From assembly GCA_003141955.1 (NCBI GenBank), contig PLOC01000111.1:9981-73980 (forward strand): 64,000 bases of DNA, in the 5' to 3' direction. Positions 39,226 to 49,197 of the stretch are shown in pieces; positions within the stretch are counted from its first letter, which is position 1; every line of letters begins with the position of its first letter. Made by a program: the position numbers and the translations under genes. The notes beneath the pieces were generated by a model. It searched no databases and was not told where the DNA came from. It saw only the letters and a list, made by a program, of their open reading frames with translations. The DNA comes from Chloroflexota bacterium (GTDB lineage Bacteria; Chloroflexota; Limnocylindria; Limnocylindrales; CSP1-4).

Positions 39226-40629
39226 CTACCCGACCGCCTTGCCGACGAGTGTGCCGAGGCCGAACGTGACCGCCGCGGCGACCATGCCCAGCAGAACCTG
39301 GCGGCCGCCGGTCTTCAGCACGCTCGAGCCAGTGACGATGGTGATCGCGGCACCGACGAGCATCAGCGCGACGGCGCTGACGACGATCGAGGCCACGACG
39401 GCCGTCAACCCCGAGGCGAAGATGAACGGCGAGACGGGCACGATCGCGCCCAGCGCGAAGAGGAAGAACGACGTCGCCGCCGCGACCCAGGCGGATCCGC
39501 CGAGCTCTTCGGGGTCGATGCCCAGCTCCTCGCGCGCCAGCGTGTCCACGGCGTGGCCGAGCTCGCCACCGACGATCGACTTCGACATCAGCCGCGCCTG
39601 CTCGGCGCTGAGGCCCTTGGCCTGGTATATGAGCGTCAGCTCCTCCTCTTCCTCGTCGGGGACCTGGAGGAGCTCGTCGCGCTCGACCTTGACCTGGTGG
39701 GCGTACAGCTCGCGGGCGCTCTGGACGGAAAGCCACTCCCCGATCGCCATCGACGAAGCGCCGGCCAGCAACCCGGCAAGGCCGGCAACGAGAACGGCGT
39801 GGCCGCCGCCTGAGGCGCCGGCGACGCCCATCGAGAGGCTCAGGTTGGAGACGAGCCCGTCGTTCGCGCCCAGGACGGCCGCGCGCAGCTGGTTGCCACC
39901 GCTGCCGCGGTGGCGGCCCTCGATCCGGGCGATGGCGCCGCCCTCGACGCCGCGACCGCCGGCCAGCTCGCGGAAGAGGCGGGCGTGGGAGCGCTCGTCG
40001 CCGGGCATCCGCGCCAGCGCTTCGGGCTGGTCGTCGTACATCGCCTGGTCGGAGGCCTCGCGCTCGGCGATGGTGGGCACCACCAGCCCGGGCCCGAAAT
40101 GGCGCGCCACGAACATCAGGGCTCGGGCCCGCCAGGCCGGATGCATCCGGCTCGTGTCGACGCCGGCCGCTTCCAGGTGCTTGCGCCAGACGCCTGCGTG
40201 GACGCCCTCGATCTCGACCATTCGGCCGTAGAAATCCTTGAGCGTCTGGCTCGTCTCTTCCTTGGCCAGCAGGGTGTAGAGCGCGACGGCGTCGATCTCG
40301 CCCTGGAGATTCTCGCGGTAGCGGGCGACGTCGGTCGTGGCGACCGCCTCGGGTGACTTCGGCGGCTCAGGTGACTTCGACGGCTCAGGTGACTTCGGCG
40401 GCGCGACCGGCTTCGGCGCCTCGCGTGGCTTCGACGGCTTCGGCGGCGCGACCGGCTTCGGCGGCTTAGGCAGCGCGGCCGGCTTCGGCGGCGCGGGCGG
40501 CAGCTCGCGGGCGGCAGGCGCCGGGGGCGCCCCGACCGCGTACTTCTCCCTGGCCTTCGACTTCTCCCTGGCCTTCGACTTCTCCCTGGCCTTCGACTTG
40601 GCTGGCTTCGTCTTCTTCCGAGCGCTCAT
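39226..40629 (-). CDS. VIT1/CCC1 transporter with ferritin-like N-terminal domain and Lys/Pro-rich extension
   Basis: EIDAVALY..E..EGVHA..ERE..DERSHA ferritin-like; LRAAVLGANDGLVSN, SMAIGEWLSV. Confidence 0.9.
   Translation of the reverse strand: MSARKKTKPAKSKAREKSKAREKSKAREKYAVGAPPAPAARELPPAPPKPAALPKPPKPVAPPKPSKPREAPKPVAPPKSPEPSKSPEPPKSPEAVATTDVARYRENLQGEIDAVALYTLLAKEETSQTLKDFYGRMVEIEGVHAGVWRKHLEAAGVDTSRMHPAWRARALMFVARHFGPGLVVPTIAEREASDQAMYDDQPEALARMPGDERSHARLFRELAGGRGVEGGAIARIEGRHRGSGGNQLRAAVLGANDGLVSNLSLSMGVAGASGGGHAVLVAGLAGLLAGASSMAIGEWLSVQSARELYAHQVKVERDELLQVPDEEEEELTLIYQAKGLSAEQARLMSKSIVGGELGHAVDTLAREELGIDPEELGGSAWVAAATSFFLFALGAIVPVSPFIFASGLTAVVASIVVSAVALMLVGAAITIVTGSSVLKTGGRQVLLGMVAAAVTFGLGTLVGKAVG
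40348..40599. repeat. In-frame 18-bp tandem repeats in the VIT1 5' region
   Basis: ACTTCTCCCTGGCCTTCG x3 (40542-40595, SKAREK) and CTCRGGTGACTTCGRCGG x3 (about 40348-40401, PKSPEP). Confidence 0.85.
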
Positions 40630-40719
40630 GAGCGTAGTGTCGCCGGTCTCAGCGGAGAGGACAACGCCAGATTGTGGCAGGAGTCGCCGGACGCGCGGGC
40701 GCCCCGCTGTCGCCGGGAA

Positions 40720-41337
40720 CTAGCCGCGCTTGCCGATCAGGTCGCCCGCCGGATGAGGGGCGCTCGGGCCCGGAGTCCGGGCGGCGGGCACCCAGGCCCG
40801 GAACCGGTCGCCCAGCTTGGACCGCCGGTCGGAGCCCCAGACGAAGACATCCGCTCCGCCGCCGTACGGGCAGAAGGCGTCGCCGGTGGCAGGAGCGAAG
40901 AGGGCCACCCTCCCGACTCGATCTCGAGCCACGGCGAGCCACACGCGGTCCAGGAGTCCTCGCTGCCAGCTCAAGGTCGTGGCCACGAACTCGGCCCTGC
41001 TGGAGCCCGGGAGGTAGTCGCGCAGGCTCTCGATCCAGGCCGGCGGCGGTTCGATCGGCGTCGCCCCGATGGCCCGGAGTTCGCCGGTTGCCTCGTGCTG
41101 CGGGTCGAGATGGATCGCCAGAATCAGGACCGTGGTGCCGGTGAAGAGCGCACTGGCGACGGCGTCGAAGCGCGATGCAGTTCGCTCGTCCTCCTCACGC
41201 GTGGCCGACCCCGCGCTGTCGCGCAGGTAGTGGACGCGCGTCCAGACGGCCTCGTGCGTGAAACGCAGCATGAAGCCAACGGGCGGTTGGCCCGAGTACT
41301 GCGCCTGCCACGCCTCGACCGCCTCGTGGACGTCCAT
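40720..41337 (-). CDS. DUF3885-like protein
   Basis: WTRVHYL, AVARD, FCPYGGGADV motifs. Confidence 0.7.
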   Translation of the reverse strand: MDVHEAVEAWQAQYSGQPPVGFMLRFTHEAVWTRVHYLRDSAGSATREEDERTASRFDAVASALFTGTTVLILAIHLDPQHEATGELRAIGATPIEPPPAWIESLRDYLPGSSRAEFVATTLSWQRGLLDRVWLAVARDRVGRVALFAPATGDAFCPYGGGADVFVWGSDRRSKLGDRFRAWVPAARTPGPSAPHPAGDLIGKRG

Positions 41338-41524
41338 TGCGTCAGATCGACCCCGCTAAGTCGGCATGACCGGTCGCTACGCCGGAGCGCTCCCGGAAAC
41401 GGGCATCGACCACTCCACCTGGTGCGTACGCCGAATGCAGGAGCCGAGCGTGGACATACCGTACCCGTTCACGGGCTCGCAGACAACAGGATTCCGGTGC
41501 GGCGGAGCAACCGGGCGGGCGCAG

Positions 41525-41875
41525 CTACGACGCCAGGGCGGGGCGCACGTCCGCGGTCGGCCCCGCGTCGGCAAGCGGGTCGACGACCTCGTAGTGCTGG
41601 ATGTCGAAATAGGCAAAGACCTCGGGTGCGTCGCCGGCGATGACGGGGGCATTCACGAGGTCGACGCCGCCGACCCAGTCATACACGGCCGTGAGGTCGC
41701 TCCAGACGCTCAGAAAGACGATCTCCTCGGAGCCGTCCCTGTGAGACTGGCGACCGATCTCGGCGAAGGAGCAGCCGTTATGACTTCGTGTCCGCTCCAG
41801 GGCCAGAGCGGACTGTTCTCGGAAGAGGCTGATGGCGTCGGCCTTGACGCGGCCTTGAAGCAGTCGAACGATCAA
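41525..41875 (-). CDS. Antibiotic biosynthesis monooxygenase-like (dimeric alpha/beta barrel) protein
   Basis: MIVRLLQGRV...EIVFLSVWSDLTAV...QHYEV pattern. Confidence 0.6.
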   Translation of the reverse strand: MIVRLLQGRVKADAISLFREQSALALERTRSHNGCSFAEIGRQSHRDGSEEIVFLSVWSDLTAVYDWVGGVDLVNAPVIAGDAPEVFAYFDIQHYEVVDPLADAGPTADVRPALAS

Positions 41876-42189
41876 GCTTCATCCTCGCGCGATCCTTCCC
41901 TCCCACCTGTCGATTGTCGGGAGCGCCCGGCCGTTAGGCAATACCAGGCGCATAACAACGCGGCCCCAAGCCGTCGCCGATGCATCAAAGTGGTCGATCG
42001 ACACACCAGACGGGGGGAATCCAGCGCGAGCCGGTCGAAGCCGCCTCGCTGGCTGGCGAATGGTGATTGAACCCGGCTGACGGCCATCATGGCCTTACAC
42101 CGCGCTTACGTAAGTCTCGTACAGGTCGAAGACGGCGCCCCGAGGATCTCCTCGTCAGCTCGACAGAGTCCGACTAGGAGACCAGCCAG

Positions 42190-42522
42190 GTGAACCGTCA
42201 AACCAGCTCAGCCGCCAGGCTCGCCAGCACGCTCCTGATCGTCGGCATGGTCGCGGTCGCCTGCGGCCGCAGCAATGCCACCCAGGGAACGCAGCCGGCC
42301 ACCCAGGGTCCAACGGCAGCCGCCAGCGCCCTGGCGGCGACGTCCGACGCCCCGGCATCGCCGGCCGCCTCGGGCTCAGCGACACCGGCCTCGGCGGCTC
42401 CGGCCGCCACCTACTCGCCCCCCGCCATAGCCAACGATCCCGTCACCGGTGAGATCCAGTCGATCGACCAGCTCCTCAAGGGCATCGACGGCTCGCTCTC
42501 CGGCACCAACGGCGGCGAATAG
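42190..42522 (+). CDS. Small lipoprotein
   Basis: Lipobox AVAC, Ala/Pro-rich linker, short C-terminal helix; AGGAG RBS. Confidence 0.7.
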   Translation: MNRQTSSAARLASTLLIVGMVAVACGRSNATQGTQPATQGPTAAASALAATSDAPASPAASGSATPASAAPAATYSPPAIANDPVTGEIQSIDQLLKGIDGSLSGTNGGE

Positions 42523-42549
42523 CCGGCCGGACCCAGACAGGAGAACACC

Positions 42550-43314
42550 ATGAAGACACGCACCCGCACCATCCTCGCCGGCCTCGCGGTCGCCGCACTG
42601 CTCGTCGTCACGTCCGCGGCCGTCGCGTCGGCCGCCTCCCCGGTCATCGCGGGCGGCCCCGCCGGGACGGGCGTCTGCGCCACGGAGGCCGCCGCCGTCA
42701 GGGCCGGGGTCTCGATCGATACCCTGCGCGCCTTCGGCGACTGCGAGATCGCCCGCCGCTTTACGACCCTCGGCGCCCTGGCCTCGAAGATCTCGGGCTC
42801 CAAGGCCCTGACCAGCTCCGACGCCGCCGCACTATCCGGCGAAGTCTCCTCGACGAAGAGCGGCCTCACCGGCCTCAAGGCTCAGATCGACGCCGAGACC
42901 TCGCTGCCCGCCCTCAAGTCCGAGATTCGCCAGATCGCGACCGCGTATCGGGTCTACCTGCTAGTCGTCCCGCAGGTGAACCTGGTGAACGGCGCGGACA
43001 CTGTCCAGCTCGCCCAGACGGCGTTCAACCAGGTCTCGACCAACCTCACCGCCCGCATCGCCGCCGCCAAGGCCGCGGGCAAGGACACCACCGCGGCCCA
43101 GGCCGACCTCGACGCCATGAACGCCGCGGTGACGCAGGCCGTCGGTCTGGCCGGGCCGCTACCGGCAGCGCTCCTGCCGCTGACCCCCGCCCAGTACAAC
43201 GCGGGCACGGCCGGCCCCGTGCTCAAGAACGCGCGAGCGGCCCTGGTCCAGGCCCGCGGCCTGCTCCAGTCGGCCCGCCAGGATGCCGTCGCCTGCCGCG
43301 ACGCACTCAAGTAG
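42550..43314 (+). CDS. Secreted alanine-rich helical protein
   Basis: Signal peptide ASA/A, long amphipathic helices, three Cys. Confidence 0.75.
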   Translation: MKTRTRTILAGLAVAALLVVTSAAVASAASPVIAGGPAGTGVCATEAAAVRAGVSIDTLRAFGDCEIARRFTTLGALASKISGSKALTSSDAAALSGEVSSTKSGLTGLKAQIDAETSLPALKSEIRQIATAYRVYLLVVPQVNLVNGADTVQLAQTAFNQVSTNLTARIAAAKAAGKDTTAAQADLDAMNAAVTQAVGLAGPLPAALLPLTPAQYNAGTAGPVLKNARAALVQARGLLQSARQDAVACRDALK

Positions 43315-43347
43315 CGCACCGCTCACCGCTCCATCGCGGCCCCGAAC

Positions 43348-43388
43348 AGCGCGGCCCTCGACCTCTAAAGTCGGGGGCCGCGCTTCTC
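43348..43388 (+). terminator. Hairpin between convergent genes, probable terminator
   Basis: AGCGCGGCCCTCGAC / GTCGGGGGCCGCGCT stem followed by TCTCT. Confidence 0.65.
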
Positions 43389-43870
43389 TATCCGGTCCTG
43401 GGCCAATCCCGATACGGGTGGCTCACCAGGCTGGCGTTGTAGTAGCGCGGGTCACCGGTCACCTCTTCGCCGATCCAGTCCGGCAGGACCACCGCCGTGG
43501 CTTCGGACGACAACTCGACCTCGGCGACGACCAGCCCGTCGTTCGCGCCGGTGAACACGTCGATCTCCCACACCAACCGGCCGACCGCGACCCGGTAACG
43601 CGTCTTCTCGATGAGGGGCCGCAGCGCCAGCCGGTCGAGCAGCTCCTCCGCCTCGGGCACCGGGATCTCGTACTCGTATTCGGCCCGGCTGGCCCCGCTG
43701 TCGGAGGGAGGGCCCTTGATCGTGACGAAGGCGCGCACGCCGGAAACGCGCACGCGCACCGTGCGCTCCGGATCGATCGACAGATAGCCCTGCCTCATCG
43801 CGGTGCCGCTCAGGCTCGCCACTACGGATCTGTCGGCAACGAGGAACTTGCGCTCGATCTCTACGCCCAT
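43388..43870 (-). CDS. CYTH domain (triphosphate tunnel) protein
   Basis: EIERKFLV, QGYL, VRVR, EYEYEIP, IEKTRY, WEIDVF, VAEVEL, EVTGDPRYYN. Confidence 0.93.
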   Translation of the reverse strand: MGVEIERKFLVADRSVVASLSGTAMRQGYLSIDPERTVRVRVSGVRAFVTIKGPPSDSGASRAEYEYEIPVPEAEELLDRLALRPLIEKTRYRVAVGRLVWEIDVFTGANDGLVVAEVELSSEATAVVLPDWIGEEVTGDPRYYNASLVSHPYRDWPRTG

Positions 43871-43873
43871 CGG

Positions 43874-46204
43874 TCAGGCATCCTCGTCTACGGGCTGGAG
43901 CGTGAAGCCGAACTCGGCGCCCGGCCCGTCGGCGCGGGGCCGGGCCCAGATCGTGCCTTCCATCGACTCGATCAGTCGACGCGCCAGGAAGAGCCCGATC
44001 CCCGACCCGGCGGTCCCGGCAGTGCGTTTGGATCGGTAGAAGAGCTCGAAGAGCCGTTCCGCCTCGTTCGGGTCGATGCCGGGTCCGCGGTCGAGGACGC
44101 GCACGCGCGGGCGGCCTTCCTGCGCATCGGCTATCACGTCGATCTGGCCGTCGGCGGGGCCGTACTTGGCGGCGTTGCCGATCAGATTGCGCACGATCTG
44201 CTCGGCGAAGGCCGGTTCGGCCCTGGCGACCGGCGGATTGCCGACCACGTGGAAGTCGATCCGCCGACCCGGCCAGCGAGCCTGTTCCTGGGCGCAGACC
44301 TTGCGCAGCACGTGAGGCAGCAGGACCGGCTCGGTCCGAATCTGGATCGTGCCGCGTTCCACCCTGGCGAGCACGACCAGGTCCTCGACCAATCGCCGCA
44401 GCCGCTCCGACTCCTGGTTGATGTCATCGAGCAGCTCGGCGCGCTGCGAATCCTCCAGGCCTGCACGGCTGAGGAGCGTGCTGGCCGCGTAGATCGAAGT
44501 GATCGGAGTCCGGAGCTCGTGCGACAGGATGCCGGCGAAGGCCTCCCTGAAGGCCTCGGCATCCCTGCGGTCAGTGACGTCGAGATTGATGCCGGCCCAG
44601 CTCGTGAACCGCCCGTCGCCGTCGAGGAGTGGGAAGCCGCGCGAGAGGATCGTATGCGACCGGCCGTCGGTCCCCCTGACCTTGAACTCGAAGCTCCATG
44701 GGCGGCGCGCCGAAACCGCGATCTTCCAGTCGCGCAGCGTCGCCTCGGCCGTCTCGGGGGCGAGCGCCTCCAGCCACCCGAGACCCTGCGCCTCCTCTTC
44801 CGTCCGGCCGATGAGGGTAAGGAAGGACTGGCTAAGGTAGCGCATCCGGCCATCGGCGTCGGCCGTCCAGAAGCCGAATGGAACCGACTCGCTGATGACC
44901 TGCGCCTGCTTGCGCAACTCGGACAGCTCCGCCAGGGCTTCCTCGCGGCGCTTGCGCTCGCTGATCTCGACAACGCTCAGGGCCAGGCCGACCGCCTCCC
45001 CGGTGTCATCCCTGAGCGGCTTTGCGCTCAGCAGCCACGTCCCGGGCTCGCCCTCTGCCGCGATCTTGCCGCTGACTTCGAGGTCCTGTATCCCGCGGCC
45101 GGAAACCAGAACGTCCTCCAGCGCGGCGGCGGCATCGAGCCCGAGCTCGGGCGAGACCCGGTCGACGCGTTGCCCAAGGTGGGCCAGCGCTCCGAGCCCA
45201 TCGATCGAAGCGAGAGCCGGGTTGACGTAGAGGTATCTCAGCTCCCGGTCCAGGACCGCCAGGCCGATCGGCGCCGTCTCGATGAGCGGCGTCGAGACGG
45301 CCGAGCCAAGACGGACCAGGTCCAGCTCCGCCTGCCGGCGCTCCTGGACCAGCCGCCTGACGCTGGCGGTGGTCCACGCCCCGATCGCCACGAGCACGAG
45401 CGCCTCGACCGTGACGAGGATCGAGAGGCCGACCGACTCGTCGTACAGGCCGGCCCGCTCGCCCATCAGCCGAAGCCAGGCGCCCACGGGCACGATCAGG
45501 ACGGCGGCTGGAAAGATGCGGCGAATGACCTGGCCTGCCGGACCGGGATCGGTCACCTGGCGAGCCAGTGCGTGCTCGGGATCAACGGCGATCAGGCCGA
45601 CTGCTAGAAGCGTGAGGGCGACCGCGGCCGGCAGCGCGACCTGATTCACCGATTCCGGTCCGATGAGCGCGTCTGCACCGTACATGTAGCCCATCAGGGA
45701 CACCCCACCGATCGCGGCAGACGCTGCGGCCAGCGGCTCGCTCGGGTGGATCCCCCGCACGCAACGACCGATCGAAAGGACGGCCAGAGCGGCCGCCAGG
45801 AACCCGAACGCCGTCAGGACGGCGAACCGGCCGGGATGGAGCGAGCCGGCACTGGTCAGGTCTTTGGCGAATAGCTCATCGATGCCGAGGTTGACGCCGA
45901 GATACTCCACGAGCGTTGCCAGGGCGATGGCTGCCACGAGGAGCGCGGCGACCCTCGCCCAGGGGTGAAGTTTTCCGGGATCGGAGGCGAGCAGCGCCAG
46001 GGCGATCGCCAGCCCGAGAAGGCACAAGGCGGCGTTGACCTTCATGGTGACGGCTCCGGGCAGCCACGAGGTCAGGTCCGAGATGCCCAACGCCCAACCG
46101 GCGAGCGCGCCAACCGCGATGAGGCCGACGGCGGCGGCGACACCCTTGGCGAAGCCGACCAGCGTCAGCCGCGGTCTCCAGGATGGCGAATGAATACCTG
46201 TCAC
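43874..46204 (-). CDS. Membrane sensor histidine kinase with two PAS domains
   Basis: Multi-TM N-terminus, PAS/PAC, SHELRTP H-box, NLIGNAAKY, DRGPGI, GSGIGL. Confidence 0.93.
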   Translation of the reverse strand: MTGIHSPSWRPRLTLVGFAKGVAAAVGLIAVGALAGWALGISDLTSWLPGAVTMKVNAALCLLGLAIALALLASDPGKLHPWARVAALLVAAIALATLVEYLGVNLGIDELFAKDLTSAGSLHPGRFAVLTAFGFLAAALAVLSIGRCVRGIHPSEPLAAASAAIGGVSLMGYMYGADALIGPESVNQVALPAAVALTLLAVGLIAVDPEHALARQVTDPGPAGQVIRRIFPAAVLIVPVGAWLRLMGERAGLYDESVGLSILVTVEALVLVAIGAWTTASVRRLVQERRQAELDLVRLGSAVSTPLIETAPIGLAVLDRELRYLYVNPALASIDGLGALAHLGQRVDRVSPELGLDAAAALEDVLVSGRGIQDLEVSGKIAAEGEPGTWLLSAKPLRDDTGEAVGLALSVVEISERKRREEALAELSELRKQAQVISESVPFGFWTADADGRMRYLSQSFLTLIGRTEEEAQGLGWLEALAPETAEATLRDWKIAVSARRPWSFEFKVRGTDGRSHTILSRGFPLLDGDGRFTSWAGINLDVTDRRDAEAFREAFAGILSHELRTPITSIYAASTLLSRAGLEDSQRAELLDDINQESERLRRLVEDLVVLARVERGTIQIRTEPVLLPHVLRKVCAQEQARWPGRRIDFHVVGNPPVARAEPAFAEQIVRNLIGNAAKYGPADGQIDVIADAQEGRPRVRVLDRGPGIDPNEAERLFELFYRSKRTAGTAGSGIGLFLARRLIESMEGTIWARPRADGPGAEFGFTLQPVDEDA

Positions 46205-46348
46205 GAGTGGACTGTCGTGGGCTTCAAGGTGTCGCCCGCGCAGCCGCGTTCGGCGGCGGATCGGATGCCAGTCGCGCGTGACTCATCGGACCGCTCCAAC
46301 TGCCTTGACGCTCGATATGGTACGTCGGCGGCCGGCGGACCCGCGATG

Positions 46349-47311
46349 TCAGGGAGTCCAGGTCCGCGGGCGCTTCGTTTCGCGCTCACTCGGCTCCGGC
46401 ACCTCCCAGACCTGCCCGCCCTCGGCCGGTTCCCCGGACCTGGCCGCAGCCGCGGGACGAGCGGCCGGTGCCTTTGCAGCGGCGGGCTTCGCCGCGGGCG
46501 GCTTCTGTGCGGGCGATACGACGGGCGGCGTCGGGGTCTTCGGGGCGGGCAGCCCAATCGGGGCGGGCAGCCCAATCGGGTGCGGAGCCACCCATGCGGC
46601 CGGGATCTTGCCGCCCGGAGTTTTCGCCGGCCTGCGCGCGGGCGGTTGGTTCGCGGCCGCCCGCGCCGCTTCGGCGGCGCCCCTGGCGGCCCGCTTGGGG
46701 GCCCGCTTCGGAGCCTCCTTGGGGGCCTGTTTGACGGCGGCCGGTGGGGTCGCTGCGGGTGTCGGCGCCGGCACGGCCTTGAGGCCGAACTTTGCCCCGG
46801 CACTGGGCGCCTCCGGCGCGACGACCGCGGGCTTGGAGATCGCCACGTCCTGCGGCTGTTGGGCCGCCTGCACCAGGACGGGCACGGCCAGCGGGTGGGC
46901 GCGGCCGTCGATCCCGTCCAGCAGTCCGAGGAGGAACTCGCAGATCCTGTCGGCCTCGCCGTCCACGCCCTTGAGAACCTGACCTTCGACCTGCACGGCC
47001 ACGATCCGATGGCCGTCGGAGGCGTCGACGCCCAGCTCGCTGACCTGGAGCTTGCCCCATCTGACGAGCTTGCCGGTTGCCCGCGGACTCTCGGTTCCGC
47101 CACCGCCGACGCGGACGGCGACCGTGATCAAGCCGGCCTGGGTCGGTGCCATGATCGAGTAGCGGAACTCCGGATCCTCGCCCCAGAGGACCCAACAGGC
47201 CGGATCGCGGTCCGCCCCAAGGTCAACGAGCACGGGCTTTAGCACCGCGAGGATCTTGGTGCTCATGCACTCGTGGTTCGGGGCCCTTTTCCTCCACTCG
47301 CTCAGAAGCAT
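46349..47311 (-). CDS. Hypothetical protein with Ala/Pro/Lys-rich C-terminal tail
   Basis: GGGAGG RBS, globular N-terminal ~135 aa, low-complexity tail. Confidence 0.7.
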   Translation of the reverse strand: MLLSEWRKRAPNHECMSTKILAVLKPVLVDLGADRDPACWVLWGEDPEFRYSIMAPTQAGLITVAVRVGGGGTESPRATGKLVRWGKLQVSELGVDASDGHRIVAVQVEGQVLKGVDGEADRICEFLLGLLDGIDGRAHPLAVPVLVQAAQQPQDVAISKPAVVAPEAPSAGAKFGLKAVPAPTPAATPPAAVKQAPKEAPKRAPKRAARGAAEAARAAANQPPARRPAKTPGGKIPAAWVAPHPIGLPAPIGLPAPKTPTPPVVSPAQKPPAAKPAAAKAPAARPAAAARSGEPAEGGQVWEVPEPSERETKRPRTWTP

Positions 47312-47628
47312 CGACTGGCCTCCCCATCACGACCGGCACGGGACCGCGCCGGCGATCTCTCTCGTTGCCGTTGAGGCTATCACGCCGGAAGCCCATGCGA
47401 AACCGGACGACAGGATCGATCTCAGGAAGGATGCGAACGCTACCCCGGGAGGATGCGAACGCGTCCCAAGGAGTATTCGGTTGGCGCCCCCGGAATGATG
47501 TGCCGGCGGAATCGAGGCGCGTATTCTCACGCTGACACCGACCTGGCACTACAAGCGGAGGAGTCGGCTGGTCGCCCCACAAGGCAACTGGGAGTGCCCC
47601 GGGGCGAATGATGCAGGAGAGAAGGCGT

Positions 47629-48588
47629 ATGAAGCTGAACCGCGGTCGACTCAATTGGGGAGTCTTCTTCATCGTTCTTGGAGCCGTCCCCCTGGCCTAC
47701 CACCAGGGTGCGGTTTCGATGACCACGCTCGGCGATGCCTGGCGGCTCTGGCCGCTGGTCCTCGTCGGCATCGGGCTCGGGTTCGTTCTGTCGCGGACCC
47801 CGGCCTACTTCGTCGGCGGCCTCGTGGTCGCGGCGTGCCTGGGCCTTGTGCTGGGCAGCCTCTTCGCCGTCGGACCCCAGCTCGGCTGCGGGCCGGGTGG
47901 CAGCACCACAGGCTCGATCTCGCAGGACGGCAGTTTCAACGGCCCCGCGCAGGTCGAGCTGAACCTCCAGTGCGGCCGCGCCAGCGTCACCACCTCGCCG
48001 GACAGTCAGTGGCATGTGAGCGCCTCCAACACCGGCGCGAACAACCCGGACGTGACCTTCTCCGCCAGCTCGCTGACAGTCAGCTCGGGCGACCAGAACG
48101 GCTGGTGGCTGGACCGCGGTGACGAGGACTGGAACGTCGCGCTGCCGTCGGGGCAGTCGATTGGACTGAGTGTCTCCATCGATGCCGGCGACGCCCACGT
48201 CAGCCTCGGTGGAGCGAGCCTTTCGTCCGCAAGCTTCTCGCTCAACGCCGGCTCGCTCCACGCGGATCTGACCGGCGCGCGAGTCGGCAGCATCGCAGTC
48301 TCGACCAACGTCGGGGCGTCGTCGCTGATCCTCGACGGCAACTCCAGCGTATCGGGCACTCTCTCGACGAACGTCGGGGCGCTCGACCTGTGCGCCCCGA
48401 GCCAGCTGGGGCTCAGCCTGAAGTCGAGCGAGAGCCTGGCATCGAGCAACCTCTCGAGCGCCGGCTTGGTCCGGGTCGGCGATGCCTGGCAGACGCCCGG
48501 CTACGACTCCGCTGCCGACAAGGCCGATTTCACCGTCACCACTAGCGTCGGAAGCCTGACGCTCAACCCCGCAGGAGGCTGCAAATGA
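47629..48588 (+). CDS. LiaF/DUF5668-like TM domain plus beta-solenoid (DUF4097-like) protein
   Basis: WGVFFIVLG..WRLWPLVLVGIGL TM domain; repeated beta units (NAGSL, NVGAS, SVGSL). Confidence 0.75.
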   Translation: MKLNRGRLNWGVFFIVLGAVPLAYHQGAVSMTTLGDAWRLWPLVLVGIGLGFVLSRTPAYFVGGLVVAACLGLVLGSLFAVGPQLGCGPGGSTTGSISQDGSFNGPAQVELNLQCGRASVTTSPDSQWHVSASNTGANNPDVTFSASSLTVSSGDQNGWWLDRGDEDWNVALPSGQSIGLSVSIDAGDAHVSLGGASLSSASFSLNAGSLHADLTGARVGSIAVSTNVGASSLILDGNSSVSGTLSTNVGALDLCAPSQLGLSLKSSESLASSNLSSAGLVRVGDAWQTPGYDSAADKADFTVTTSVGSLTLNPAGGCK

Positions 48589-49184
48589 ACCCTCGTCGTC
48601 TCTATCGATCCGCCGACGACCGCTGGATCGGGGGAGTGGCGGCCGGTGTCGCCGACTACTTCGACATCGACCCGATCCTGGTCCGCATCATCTGGCTCGT
48701 CTCGATCCCGCTGACGGGTCTCATGTCGCTGGTGGCCTACTTCATCATGATGGTCGTCGTGCCGCTTGGGCCCCAGGAGTGGTCCCAGCCGTCGCCCTGG
48801 CAGCCGGGCGGCGCTCCGGTCGGATATGGCGCCGCCGGCACTCCGCCCGTCGCGCCCGATGGCGGCGCAGCCGCTCCGGCGCCGGACCCTGCCACCGGCG
48901 CCCCGCAGGGCGCTCCGGCGCCGGGGCAGACACCCGGATGGGACTGGCGCTGGCAGGCTCGTCAGGATCGCTGGCAGAGGCGCGCGGACCGCTGGGAACG
49001 TCGCGCAGAACGCCGCGGTTCGGGCGGCATCGTCTTCGGTGCGCTCCTGATAGTGGTCGGCGGCGTCCTCGCCTGGCACACTATCGACCCGGGGCTGGAC
49101 CTTAACCTGGCGTGGGCGATCGCAATCATCGCCTTCGGCGTTTTCCTGGTGATCTCCTCGGTCGAGCGCCACAGCGGCGCGTAG
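48585..49184 (+). CDS. PspC domain protein with C-terminal LiaF-like TM
   Basis: RLYRSADDRWIGGVAAGVADYFDIDPILVR; ATGA overlap with the previous gene. Confidence 0.9.
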   Translation: MNPRRLYRSADDRWIGGVAAGVADYFDIDPILVRIIWLVSIPLTGLMSLVAYFIMMVVVPLGPQEWSQPSPWQPGGAPVGYGAAGTPPVAPDGGAAAPAPDPATGAPQGAPAPGQTPGWDWRWQARQDRWQRRADRWERRAERRGSGGIVFGALLIVVGGVLAWHTIDPGLDLNLAWAIAIIAFGVFLVISSVERHSGA

Positions 49185-49197
49185 CGCCTCTCCGGGC

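Noticed and set aside
42050-42059. TGGCTGGCGA matching the tRNA-Gln 3' end as a possible att site
   Set aside because: Only 10 bp, on the wrong side of the tRNA, and it would enclose glnS; likely chance.
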